Positions 26,571 through 42,048 of a DNA stretch of 64,000 nucleotides are shown in pieces. Each line of letters begins with the position of its first letter. Within the stretch, counting starts at the first letter, position 1. The notes beneath the pieces were generated by a model that searched no databases, was not told the origin of the DNA, and was given only the letters and a program-made list of their open reading frames with translations. Origin of the DNA: Lepidodermella squamata (Eukaryota > Animalia > Gastrotricha); assembly GCA_047495785.1 (NCBI GenBank), contig JBLDXI010000021.1, positions 1,612,001 through 1,676,000 on the forward strand. Reading direction: 5' to 3'. A program made the position numbers and the translations under genes.

Positions 26571-27347
26571 ATGACGGGCGTAGAAAATTCAGAGATTAGA
26601 AAGTCAGAATACTTTGTCAAGCTGCAGGAGTGTGTAGCTGAGGCCAGAAAAGCTTCCCGGTATAGCCGTTTTCACGTTCTACGCATACGAATTTATAACA
26701 ATTATAATGATTCAGGGAACCTCTAGCTAGCCTTTTAACGAATGCGGATTTTCTGCGTCTATTAGCAGAAGCGCTTCTTGATGGGGTTCGGAAACGTTAC
26801 AGGATGCCTATCGATTGTTGAATGAATTTGATTCCAGGTGATGTTCGATATTGTTGACAGTTTGAGAGAGCTGCAACTGATGACTGAAGCTAACATGCAC
26901 CGTAAACGTATCGAACTAGTCAATGACCAGGAAGGTTTGCTAATATTCGATTCAAAAATCATCATTCGAAAATCATTCACCATCGTAGGGCGGAGGAAAC
27001 GTTTCCTTGATGATTCGGGACCGCTGTCAAAGCTACAAGAGCAGAGCAGAATGCTGCAGCACTTGGAACGTCAATTCGCGACCGAATTGAAAGATTACGA
27101 TAAGAAAGTTGTGCTAGAAATGGACAAACGCCTGCAAGATCAACAGGTCGATATACAAATCATCCTAAAATTTGAATCTTAGATTTATTTCCCAACTGAA
27201 TAGACAACCCTTCAGCGCGCAGGTCTCCCCGGATTCGCGGTGTCCAACGAGCCGAGCGATATTCGATTTCAGATGCAAATAATGAATATCGTTACTATGC
27301 TGGAACAAAAGATCGGACGATTGCCGGCTGAAAACAATAGTTCGTGA
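26571..27347 (+). CDS. DGCR6: DGCR6 / gonadal family protein, 5 exons
   Basis: ALLDG|VMFDIVDSLRELQLMTE and DKKVVLEMDKRLQDQQ|TTLQRAGLPGFAVSNEPSDIRFQMQIM match DGCR6 family motifs. Confidence 0.85.
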
Positions 27348-30300
27348 GATTTTCTGTGTTAATGCTTCTCTGCTGTTCGAAGCAGCATATCCCATATGGT
27401 AAGAAGAACTACACAACAGCTCTAGGCACTCCTGAACTTGTGTTTCTAATCAACTACATACTTGCATATTTTTATTCGTTGCTCATTTGCGTAATAAATG
27501 GCTCAGCGTGTGATTTGTTGAAGAGGTTTCCTTTTTATCGCGGGTCTCTAGTGAACAGGTAGAGCTCTAGATTATCGACTGCAAATTGAACACAGCTATT
27601 CAATGTGTTTAATGTTTCTTTCCTGTTGTTATAAGAATATTGGCGTTGTTTCCTCGCGAAAATAAATAATGCATTTTTCAACGTATCGCTCGTATTTCTG
27701 CCACACGAGCAGTTTATTATCGCAAAATTCAAACAGTGCGCGCGTGGTATTGATATCGCACAAATAACGCGCTATAAAATCTTGAGATTGTTTACCCGAT
27801 TCCATAAATAACAAAAATGATATCAATTGCCGAAAAACCGATGTTATTTTCGTCGGTAATTGTATCAAAACGTCTCAAAGGAGGGGCTCTCTGATACTCA
27901 TCACTGTAAAATGCCCTCTCAATCTGTCGAAGTGTTTCTGCTGCCATTATTTTGTGTTGCATGTCGTCTCATATCACATTAATTTGTTTTTGCCGCGCCG
28001 CTGACCATCGATGCACGGGGTCATTGATTTGCATAGTTTTGGAGTCATGGAGAATGATTTTTTCCGTAGCAATCCGTGTGTAAGTGATCGAAATCACACT
28101 GTGCAAATAGCGCGCGGCGATTTTTCCTCACTTTCAGCACTAATGGATATCCGCTTTCTTCCAAACTAGTCGGTCAGCTTTAGCGCCTATCGCCTATTGA
28201 GTAATATTGGAGTACAAAATTGAAACTTTAGGTCAATTCTTGTTTTCTGATCTATGCTGTGTACAAATTAGTATATTATGCGCAAAGCGTCTACTCACTG
28301 TATTATTTTATCATATATTTGATCTTATATAGCGTTGCTAAAAACAATCGATGGCCATGCCCTCAATAGCGAAAAGTAATGCGAGATGGATGAGTGAATA
28401 TTATTAATGATTTTTTGTTATAACGCCTCAAGTGTTCACAATGTTTTCTTGCCACCGCGAAGTTGCCGAGAGGAAAATAGCAATATTATTGTTGGTCTCG
28501 ATTAGGGCACTTGGCATGCCATCAACCACTGATGTTTTTGTTTGCAGTTAAGACAATACCGCCTTCCCCAATTTGCTACACCTGAGGTTATTGGTTGAGC
28601 GGAATATATGATAAAAATAAGGCGTATTACTTCTTAGTTATTCATACAGCACATGGGAGATATTATGAATCCAACACGTTGGGCAATCTACTAAGATTAT
28701 AGTATTTATGACCGCTCTCTTCTCTCACGATTGTTTGTTGTATTGCCGTTGCTAATATTTGGGCAAATCATCAACATCAATAATTTCGGACCAAAAAAAT
28801 ATATTTCCCCGTTTCTTTATTGTTATTGCCTTGTTTTGTTTTCCTTCTGATATAACGGATATTGTTTTTATTTGTGACTAGAAAACTACTTTGTCCATTT
28901 TATTGAATTTACGGAACCACTGCGGTAGTATATAGTTGCGCCGATGTGCGATGTAATGAGCATTGATTTACAATCAATATTATCGCGCTTCTCTTGACAT
29001 GCGCTTCTCTCTCGGTCGCGGGCCTGTATCATTTTGTTACAGTTCTCTATATATCCTCTCAGACGTCACCCTAAATGCAAGTAGACTTGTGCGCCGTGTT
29101 TATTACGTAGTAATGACGGTCCTCTGTGAGCTGCTTCGTTAGCAGTGGCATCGACGATGAGAAGTATTTACTGTCTTTATTGTTGTTATCTCCTCAAGAG
29201 CCAGCTTATTTGAATGATAAGCGTCCTATCGCACTGTTTATGTTGGAAAAGTTGGCCCATCATTGACTCCTAGGCCATAGGGATTACAGCTCTGGCGATG
29301 CGAATATTTATTATGCGGCATTATCCTTTTGCAGCCCAACTGTAACGCCCGTCACCAGCATGATTTACATTATTTAAATATACCCAATGCCCAGTGTGTG
29401 AAAGATGTAATATGGGAACCAGATAACGCGCTCATCTATTTATTTTCATCATTTTATCGTATATAGCTGACTGAGGGCGCTGAATTAATCCGCGCCACCA
29501 GTCATTTGAACATTTAGGATTGTGCATTTCCAGCCACCGAGACTTTGCGATGAGATCAGATATAAATTATTTCATCCTGAAATGCGACACGTGTGCTCTT
29601 CCGTGCTTTGCCCGCTTTTACATGCCATGTATTTGCCTTAACGCATATTTTTAATTAAACAACAATATTATTATGGACAAGTGAGGAGAAACAAATTGTC
29701 TCACGCGTGCCCTCTTACTTCGCACATGTCCATTGTTTTACCTAATCATGTTTAATTAGCCTTCCTTTTGTTTCCCGTGTAGGTTCCGCCATAGCTCACG
29801 CGGGTAAAATGGGGAGCTGTTTACGCTTTTTTGTTGTTTTATTAATCCGAACTCACCATAAACATATTGAATTTTAGCCCGTTAACGAGCCATCTTTCGA
29901 TTGACCACTAACAAATTGTACCCGGAGGACTTCAATTGCTTTCAACATAGCCTTTTCGGCTATCAAATTATGAGCTCATTTTTACTAGCATTCGGAATTT
30001 TAAAGTTTTGAACTAGTCTCGGCAGCCTTGTAATAAATGCAGCGACAATCTCGGTGGCCATTTCCTTAGTTTCCCCTAGGATTCGCCTTCAACGTGCCTC
30101 ACATTATTTTATAAAAAATATTTCTGGTATTGATACGCGCTCTTCAATATAAGTTATGTTTGCTTGATATCTGAAACCAAACGCCTCAAAGCTATGATAT
30201 CGATATTCGTTTTAATGTTCGATTGATTATTTATCCTAGATACAGCGCATTCTAGAAAACGTTGGCAAATTGGCTTTATGAGCTCTTGGTTCTTGCATGC

Positions 30301-31054
30301 AAACATGACAATCAGTAAATCTACAATTTATTTCTATATTACTTGTACTAGTGTGGAAATACTTCCTATAATGACCCGATATGCGTGTACCTATCTATTG
30401 CAAACTTGGGGGTGGATAAACGAAGAATTCTGTTCTTAATTTTCACGGGACGGAATGTTTTTGCGAGCTATATTACGGTAGTGATAATTAATAATACGAA
30501 AACTACTGCGATGGTACACATCTAATACCGGAACAATTTGCGACCTTGCGCGCTATTGAATCGATTATGCAACTTTCTTCAGAGCGAGGTCGCTTAATAA
30601 ATAGTTATTTGGCCGAAGCCGCGTCAAACTTGGCGTATTTGTGAAGCCAAGGCGAGCTACAATGCTACATGGAGCGCCTCCTGCACTCTGTGCCGTGCAC
30701 ATCTGTTCCGACGTCTGAGCGCGCATAGTGTGTTGCCACAGGGTGTTGATCTTATAACAGCAATAAGTATGGTTCTCGGAACTAGAAGAAATACGCATGA
30801 TGATGCCGGCTCGTAATAAGACATCTGCTGTGAATAACTGCTGTTTGCATTAATTTACTCCACTAGGATTGCTTCCACGTTTGAGATACTATCCGCCGTA
30901 AAGCTTTTCATCACCCCGCAAAAGATACCTTTTACCACGATAAGTATCTGACAGACAAATTGTTCTTACAGTAGCATCCTATAATACGGTCTTGGAAAGC
31001 AATACCAGTACATTATTCTATTGGTTGAAATATTTTCCGAATGTTTTAGGGAAG

Positions 31055-34000
31055 ATGAAGAAGCCTCGTTTAGAATTTAATACTTTTTTGTTGTGCGCGA
31101 CTTTCTGTTTGAGGTAAGTAAATTCTAAAATTTCAAACATTTAAAGATTCTTGTAACTTTATTGTAGCTTTACTGTAGCCAGCCTAAATCATCTTCCAAA
31201 ACCCGTGAGCTCAAATGCTGACAGTAATTTCGTTGAACTTCTACTTTTCATGGACGAAAACTTGGTTTGTTTGAGTCTGCCATTAAAATTGTTGCCTAAT
31301 TTATTTATATTTGCAGCCCTATGTCAGCAACAATGGTCTTGAAACTGCTCATATGCGACTTCGAAAACTCGTCTCTCATTTGAATCATGTAAAAATCAGT
31401 GTATTAAATGCTTTTGAAATTTTTGAAATTATATTTTCTTTTAGGCAATGCAACCGCTCAACGTTTATGTTTATCTCGCTGGTCATCAAGCTATTAACGC
31501 TAAAACCTTATTAAATTTAACATCGGCCGATACAACTACTTCCGCTTTATCGAAGCTTTCAAAATTTGTCGGCGATTCGAAAAATAAATTGGGCGTGTTC
31601 GATCACGCCATGCTTTTGAGCGCTGAAAAATTTCGAGGCGAACAAGGAGACGTTCAAATTTCGTATTTGGGCGGCGTTTGTTGGCTCGATTCGTCTGTTT
31701 CTATCATTACGGTAGGCTGCCTTTCCGCCTGAACTTTTTTGATTTATTACCCGTTGATTTTATCAATAAAGGAACACAAACAAGTCGATGACATTCGAGA
31801 ATTGGTTGCCGCTATGGCTTATGCGCTTGCCCGGAACTTGGGAATTGAAGACGATTTCCACGATCGGGTCCATGACTGCATTTGCCCGAAACAGCCGTGC
31901 GTAATGAGCTCGTATAAACGGTACCTTATTTATTATCATTTTTTCGATGAAGTGTTAAATGTTTTGCCTAGAATGCCATATTCGATGCCTTTCGTCGAGT
32001 GGTCGTCATGTTCCAAGGATCACATGAGGCGGGTTCAGCTTTTGGGCCGACATTATTGTCTCAAAAATCCTCCTCGAATGCACGTTTCCGAGTCACAGAA
32101 GAAGTTTGCTTCTACCGTCGGCTTACCACTATACACAAAATACAGTCGAACTGGAATGAACATCAACGAAAATCAATCCCCTAATGTCATGGCTAGCGAA
32201 TTGCCGGTTGAAACGGTCAGCGACGAGGACGCAGCTGGAAGTGGCGAAGAAAGTGTTGGTTGGGCTAGTTACCCGACTGCGACTGCTGCCACACCTGGAA
32301 TCAGCCGATGTGGCAACGGTTTTGTCGAGCCTGGTGAAGAGTGCGATTGCGGCTTATTCGAATTTTGTTCAGCCGAAGAAAAGAAGTGCTGCAATCCGCT
32401 GACATGTAAACTGGCTCAAAATGCGACTTGCGCATCGGGAGATTGCTGTGATTTACCTACGTGCCAGCTCAAGCCAAAAGGCACGATTTGTCGACATGCA
32501 AATGGCGAATGCGATCTACCAGAATTTTGCTCCGGCACTGGCGAGTTCTGTCCAGTTGACGTTTTTAAACAATCAGGAACGCCTTGTGCTGGGACTGCTC
32601 TTTGCCATGACGGAATGTGCCGGTCGCTTGATCTGCAATGCAGGCGAATCTACGGCGAAACAGCATTTGCGGCATCTGCCAGCTTCTGGATCTCTAATAT
32701 GCCACCATTGAAGTCTACAGATTTCGGCTGTGGCAATGGAGTTCCCTGTGCCAACGATAGGTATGAATTTTTTTTACAATGCTATACATATTTTTTGAAT
32801 GTTTGAAAGTTTGAATTTTTTTATGTTTGAATTTGGGGATATCAATAAAATTTTATTAGGTCATTTAAAGGTTAATTAAAGCGGAGAACTGAGCTCTATT
32901 TATTTGTGTCCTGAGATATCAGTCATGAGATCAGTCTGAGACCCCAAATATAATCTAAAATTTTTATTAATCCTTGGTTCTCAAATTATCAATTATTAGG
33001 CTAATCATCAATTTCTTGAGCCTTTTCCTGTAATTTCCAGAAAAATATTTAATTTTCGCTGTTTTGCAGTGATATCGAGTGCGGCCGACTGTTTTGCCAG
33101 CATGAAAGTGAGAAACCTGTATTATTCTTCGCACCACCGCACTGGCGAGAAGGTGGACCACAAAACACTGTTGCGAATCGTGATGCTTCCGGCATTGCGG
33201 CTACCAAAGGCATCAACTTGTCGCTTTTTGTCACTCATCGAACAGAGACTCGGCTAGGCAACCGAAATGTTCGCGAAGCTGGATACGTTGTTGCTAACCC
33301 AATGCCAGGATCTGCCGACCCCGGATTTGTTGATGATGGAACCCCTTGTGGATCCTTGGTCAATGGCGAAAAACCTTCTAACAAGGGCGTTTGCTTCAAT
33401 CGGGTCTGTGTTTTCGACAAATCTCCTGCTGCGTGTGACAACCAGATAACTTGCTCCGGGCATGGAGTGGTAAAAAATCTGAAGTTCACACGCCCTGTAA
33501 AATCTAAGGTTTGCTTGTATTTTAGTGCAACAGTCTTGGTACCTGCCATTGCGACCCTGGCTTCGCACCCCCGTTTTGCAACACCTCCGGCACCGGTGGA
33601 AGTTTGCAGTCTGGACCCATGCCAGCAATGGTCTACCAATCGGAGAGCAACGTAGCATTGTTCATTGTTTTGTTTTTGTTGGGTCTTGTTTTGATTGCCC
33701 TGGCAGTGCTGGCTTTTATTTTCAGACGCAAACTTCAAATATGGTAATTTCTCTTGTTATCATATGGGACTCGGTTAATTTTCTATTCCTCATAGGTATT
33801 ATTTACATATTTGGGGTGGCTCTGTTGGGAGCGATAACAACCGAAGAATACAAGACATTATTGGCAAAAATGGCTTGATCCGCTCGAGCATTTCAAAAGT
33901 TCAACGCAAATGGGGAAATTCGTTAACGACGACTCCAACTAAGAGCGACCATCCTGGCCGCAGAGAAATCACAATTCTAAGTGAGCCTCACATGAAGGTA

Positions 34001-34447
34001 GCGGTCGCCACGCCTGCTCGTCGCAGTTTCCGCGGCTTGGAAATATCAACCCCGGTTTTGCAACATACAACGAGACATGATTTAGATTCTTTAATGCCCC
34101 TCAGCTCCAATCAACCTTACAGCATGGGATCGGACACTGAAGAGCACGTCGAAGATCCATCAGTTGAAACTACCTCGCCAATGCTTACTACTCCGGAAGC
34201 GTTTTCTGATGACGAAAAACAGCACGTGCAATCTCCAGACATAATCCAGTCGACGTACTTGCCAGTTCAGCCGAATAACATTGAAGAAGACAACGATGAA
34301 GATGACCAGGCTCAAGATGTTGCGAGACAAATTCGGCCTGAACCTAAAACACCGCAGGAGAATCGAGTAGTCACTAACATCAAGGTGTCATTTTCAGTTC
34401 CTGAGCGGTTGGCGAAGAGTAAACTGAGCCAAGAAGACAATGTGTGA
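31055..34447 (+). CDS. ADAM-family membrane protein, catalytically inactive, about 10 exons
   Basis: Signal peptide; reprolysin-like domain (FVELLLFMD, DHAMLLS, YLGGVC, Met-turn CVM); disintegrin CGNGFVEPGEECDCG..GECDLPEFCSG; Cys-rich DPGFVDDGTPCG; EGF CSGHGV|CNSLGTCHCDPGF; TM helix; Ser/Pro-rich tail. The zinc motif reads AYALARNLGIEDD. Confidence 0.88.
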
Positions 34448-34635
34448 TAGACTGGTGATTTTATTTCTGTTATAAATCTATCGCACATTGCCGTGCGGAT
34501 CAAAGTTCGTTCGGCAACAATCACTTAATAGCTTTGTTATACCTTTATCAAACTGCCTATGGTTTTTCAATTTGTACAATAAAAAGAGAATGTCTTCTGA
34601 AGTCGATTTTTGTTGGCTAGTTTACAATATAGGTA

Positions 34636-35030
34636 CCGTCAACTAGGGTGACTTTGGGCAGTGGGGTCACTTCGCCGTACTAAAATGGGGTGACTTTGGC
34701 GTACCGAAAATCAAAGATTGTAAGGTAAATACCCCGCGAGTGGTGTATCGTTGGATAGCCCAAGGAAAGGACAGCCTGGATGTGTACAATGCACATCAGT
34801 GCACCCCATCTAAGGACATATAATCGCAGGTGAAGTTTTGGGAAATTTTCGAACAATTTACATTTTGATTTAAACTTTGGTGACTGCCCAGCTGAAATCT
34901 TATGCCATTTTAAGACTGGATTTCCTCCAGGCTATCCAACGGTACCCCACTCGCGAGGTATTTACTTTACCATCTTCGATTTTTGGCGCGTCGAAGTGAC
35001 CACACTGGGTAAAGTCACCCCAGTTGACGG
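34636..35030. mobile_element. Tc1/mariner-pogo-type MITE with TA target duplication
   Basis: TA|CCGTCAACTAGGGTGACTTT ... AAAGTCACCCCAGTTGACGG|TA, plus long internal inverted arms (GTAAATACCCCGCGAGTGG..GTTGGATAGCC / GGCTATCCAAC..CCACTCGCGAGGTATTTAC). Confidence 0.88.
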
Positions 35031-35424
35031 TATTTTACTGGATTTTTCAAGGTCAGTCATTTTAGACAATTATTCATTTTCTCTTCCTTCCTTCATTGTT
35101 TTTGCTCGTAATTTTAGCTCGCGATAGCTACCTAAGCTGAACAAACAATTACCCTCGAGGTAATTCTCTATGCAATCAGCTGAAATTTGGGCGTGGTTGT
35201 AAATGATCCATATGGTTCATTGGCTTGAATAACACATGATCCACATGGGCTACATTTTTTATTTTCATACCATTAAAATAAAAACGGCAAAATCAAAACC
35301 TTTAGCCTCTAGCATCGGTTAGTTTAAGGAAAGAATTTTCTGCTGCCATATTCGTTTTGGGGCAGCGATTAGTTCACTCAATATCAAGGCATCAACAACG
35401 CTTAGTAAATGTTCAATTTCTAAA

Positions 35425-36273
<849 letters not shown>

Positions 36274-36715
36274 TGCTACTCGTTCAATTTAAAAGCTAAA
36301 TACAAAATGATGGAGACAAATAAGTATTTAAATAATATTCTTATTGTTTATTACAACAGCAACCAAAAAAGAATAAGGGGAATTGGCGCGTCAAATGCGT
36401 TTCCAATCACGTAAAAGACGTTTTAAAGCACATGCTGATAGTTATCGCAGTGGTAGCAGCAGTAGAAATTGCAAGCGCTATCACAGCCCGCAGACAAAAT
36501 GTCTTCCGCTCTAGCATAAATAATCGACAAACTCGTATCGCCTCACCAAGATAACGCGATGATCACACAAATATAAATTGGTGATTATTTTCTTGAGATT
36601 TAAGTCAATAACAACGCACCCACAACCATCGAACGCCTTAACCGTCAAAGTTCTTACTTGAGATTAATAACAAGATAAATAGTTTAAGTCAAGATTGCTC
36701 AGCAACTATTGCGCA

Positions 36716-37886
<1,171 letters not shown>

Positions 37887-38837
37887 GAGGAAGAGCAATT
37901 TGAAGAAATATCAAGCTTCACTACAATAATAGATTCACGTTGTGGCAGTTTAAAATAGGGAAAGTGATTTATAAGATACCCAATCCCCAACCAATAACAA
38001 AACACCAACAATTTTCAACAATTTGCTACATCCAATGCAATCAGAAAGCAAGAATTATAGCCTTCTCATTTGTCATTTGACTTTACATAGTGGCTTACGG
38101 CTTACGCCAGCTTTACTTATGCCAAATCCAATGTTTTAAAGTTTAATAAAAAACTTGAAACTAATTTCATCGATGCACACATGAGTTATCAGTAAGAAAC
38201 CGGAAAGCTAACAAACAATCCTCTGGTGAAACTACGCTCGCTGGCTCACGTGCTGCGCTAGGTCAACATACATTACCATTACAACATATACAACATATTT
38301 TATAGCGCGGTAACTTTCGATCAGCCTTCTGAATATTAATATTTATATTTTGAATAATAATTAATCAGCAGCAAAATTATGTTTAATCAGTTGATCTCAC
38401 AAAAATGCAGGATGAAACGAGTGATCTTCACTTTATTTTAATAAAATAAAATGTTCCAGTCGCGGTTTTGATGAGAACCGGCATCCGATGAGTTGCCCAG
38501 GAAGCCGGTCTTATCTAACTTCGCACATGTAAATTGGAATAACGATGTTTTTGACAGAGTAGCATACGAAAATGACAGTATCAATACCCACTTCGGTTAA
38601 ATGAGCTTTCTCATTCCTGACTCCTGACTCCTGTGTAGTACATGTTTTTCCATTTTCTACGGTGTCGAATGTCGTATGTCAACTTATGTCTCATGCCTCA
38701 TCAAGCGTCAGCAAGCTTATTCGCAAGTCGCATGCAGATTAGAAGAAACCACGAGCAATTTAAATTATAACCTCTAATGCTCGATTTAATGTTTTTCTCT
38801 GACTTTTTTCTCAATGTAAATATAGGTTTTTAATGTG

Positions 38838-41800
38838 ATGTCAAGCGCCCTTCTCAGTACCACCAGTATTCCGGAAATCGCGCGGCAATGTAAATCATCT
38901 TCGGCCGACCATCCAACATCAAGAAGTAACCATCATCGGCCTGTCATTATTCAACCGCCTGACAAAGGATGGGGATGGATGGTCGTATTCGCGGCTTTTA
39001 TGTGCTCTGCAGTAGTCGACGGCCTTATTTTTTCCTTCCCATGTGTCATTGGCCTGCTGGCTGATGATGCTCGTGCTGGATTTTGGATTGCTGTTCTGAG
39101 TTCTGCTGTTCAGTTGAGCTCATATTTATTAATTGGTTAGTAAATAAGTATTTTAGCTCTGTTCATGATTATTTCTTTCGTCTCCTTCAAGGGCCATTTG
39201 TTAGCAAATTTCTGCGACAAGACACTTGCAGGCAGTTCGTTTGCTGTGGAGCTGTCATTGCGTCATCCGGTTTCTTACTATCTGGCTACTTGGCAAATGA
39301 GTTGCCTCAACAATATTTCTTCGTGATAATTTTCACTCTTGGCTTGATCTCCGGTGAGATTTTGTAGTTTGTAAATTAGCTTCATTCATACTGATTTGTT
39401 TTCAAGGGTGTGGATTGGGATGCATTTACATATCTTCCATTTGTGCTGTAAGCTGCTTTTTTGTTCGTCATCGAATAGCCGCTACAACTATAGCTTTATC
39501 GGGCTCTGGCGTCGGAATGACCGTATTTCCTCCGCTAATAGCCCATTTCACGCGAACCCTTGATTTTTACGAAGCCATGTTCTGCTTTGCAGCTCTGGCT
39601 TTCCAGGTAATTAACAAATATATTAAACGTGCCGTACTTCACACCATTTATTTCAGCCTATGTGTTTGGGCTTGCTGATTTGGCCGCTATCAGAACTTCC
39701 ACCCGGCTGTGACTTATACGCCGGACAACTACCAAGAGAGAAAGATATCTTCGATTATATCCGTGAGCAGTTCGGCTATCCGTGGTCAGGTGGTAGCCAT
39801 GATTCTGATGTTTCACTGGCCACAAGGCAAATAGAATTGGAAAAGGCTAGACAGCGAAGAATCGTACAATTAAGGCTGATTTCAGAGTGCGATCCACAAT
39901 ATGCATCGCGCATGGACTCACGGGGATCTGGTGGCGATTCTCCTCAGCCATCGGTTGCCAGTTTTGCTAATCCGGTTTCACCTCTTCGGGAGTTTTTTAA
40001 TCGCAAGTTCAAGCGGGGAACTTCTCGTACCTCAGAGGCTCCCAGCCCTTCCCCTGTTTCGTCACAGTCCGGTCCAGGCACGCCTGTCATATATTCGCAT
40101 AGGACCGCTCCAGCCCTAATGTCTTCCACCGAAAATGCGAATTCGATAGCAAGTGGTGTGCAGGGCACCTCTACAAGACGTCAAAGTACCGTCCCGGATC
40201 AAATTTTTTCTCAACAATCTCAGTCAAGTGGCACGCCTGCAGCCGTCGATTTGCCATCAATTGCCGGCGGCGTTTCCATGGTCGAAAATATGTCGGTCAT
40301 AACTGATATCGGCCGACGGCTTGAGGAGTGTTCCGAAGTGTCTGAATTTTATTTATTTTATGAGCCTCAAACTTCCAGTAATGGTCAAAACGCTACAAAA
40401 TCTGATCATACGCCTCGAAATAAATCAGTGTCGGAGTGCATTCATCCAAGCTATAGCAACACGGGTGCTTTAATATCAGGCGAATCCAACACTGCAACTG
40501 ACATAGTGCCGCCAAGCCAATCATCCGCAGACGAAAGTCGATCCAACGTCATCAATGGTGCGAACTCTCCTATAAGCGACGTCGAGGCGGTGAATTTTGT
40601 GGTTGGTAGCGTTCCTGACGAAGATGTTCTTGCTGCGATTTTGAAAGCACAAGATGCTAGCGAAGCTGCAGAGAATTCGAAAGAAAACAACGACGGCAAC
40701 ATGACTAGAATTGACAGCGAAGTTGGTGATCTGCCGAGTAGCGCTGAAAGTGCGTTACAATCAAAACGTCTGTACCGCCGGCAATCTTCCAGCAGGTCGA
40801 ACAGACTGGCTTTAATGCGCCAGCGGAGCCAACAAAAAGCTGCAGAAGCTGCCCAAACCAACAATACCGTGCCGGTCTCAACGGGCAACACTGACATTCT
40901 TCAGCAAATGATGAATGAACAGTTGGCAGCTAATGGCGGCTTGAATACGCCAATACCTGATTCCGGAAATTCGTCGCCCGCCGTGAAAAGTGAAACGAAT
41001 ATAGCCGAAAATTCAAAACCTCAACCATCTTCTCCGCCGTCAGTGGTCTCAAATGGCAACACCAATGTCGCTAATCTGCCGGTTATTCCTCCTTTCGTCG
41101 TGAAAAACTGTCCGTGGCTAGATAAATATGTTGATCTGAGACTCTTCGCACATGGATCCAGCTTCCCGATTCTCTGCCTGGCCCATGCATTCGCTATGGC
41201 TGGAATTTTTATACCACTGCTGTATTTCCCATTACGAGTGATCTGGTTAAACGGTCTGAGCATGATAATACCCCCAGTGGAATTGAAAGATCCACTGCTG
41301 GTAACGAATTTGATCTATTCGGCTCGATTAAAGGCTGGATTCCTCGTCGCTGTGGCAGGTTCGCTTTGCTGCATCGCGCGACTGGGCGTTGTCATCGGCA
41401 CAAGCTTACGGCAGTCGAATCCATTGTTAACGACGTGCATTGCGTTTTTCGTGAAAACCGCCGTGGTGTTGTTGAGTCCTCTGATCTCTGAATTCGCAGT
41501 TCTGGCGGTAATGCTCGGTTTCATCGCCGTATGCACCGAGCTGTTCGTATCAATGACAACATTAATCATTCGGTGGACCTTTCAAAGTCAGGATGGCCAG
41601 ACTTGTGATTCTTCGCTTGTTAATCCTGCTTATTCTTTCCTGACAATCATTCGTGCCTTCTCTGCTGCTGCTGGTCTAGCTTTCTCCGGTGAGTTGACCT
41701 GAATTTGCCAATTAGTCGAAATCAATTCTTGTTTCCAATCCAGGTTACTTATTCTCAATAGCAGATCCTCTTGGGTCATGCCTAATTGTAATTCCATATT

Positions 41801-42048
41801 CGCCGCTTCGACCATACAGTGTCGAGAAACCTCAAGAGGCGGAATCGTGTGAAAACGCGTTCGCCTATGTCGCGTACTTCGCAGGCTCTATGTTTTTCAC
41901 ATCCTTCATGCTACACCTGATTCTGCTGGCCCAGTACGCCATGCGAAAATATCGAGCGAAGCGCTTGAAATCAGCAGCTGACACGTCGACGGTCACGAAC
42001 GGCACGTTTCTGCTGCAGAAAATCGATGAAGCGCAAGAAATGCTGTAA
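38838..42048 (+). CDS. SLC16 (monocarboxylate transporter family) MFS protein with a very long central loop, 5 exons
   Basis: PPDKGWGWMVVFAAF signature, FFVRHRIAATTIALSGSGVG, N- and C-terminal TM bundles separated by roughly 480 aa of S/N/P-rich loop. Confidence 0.85.
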
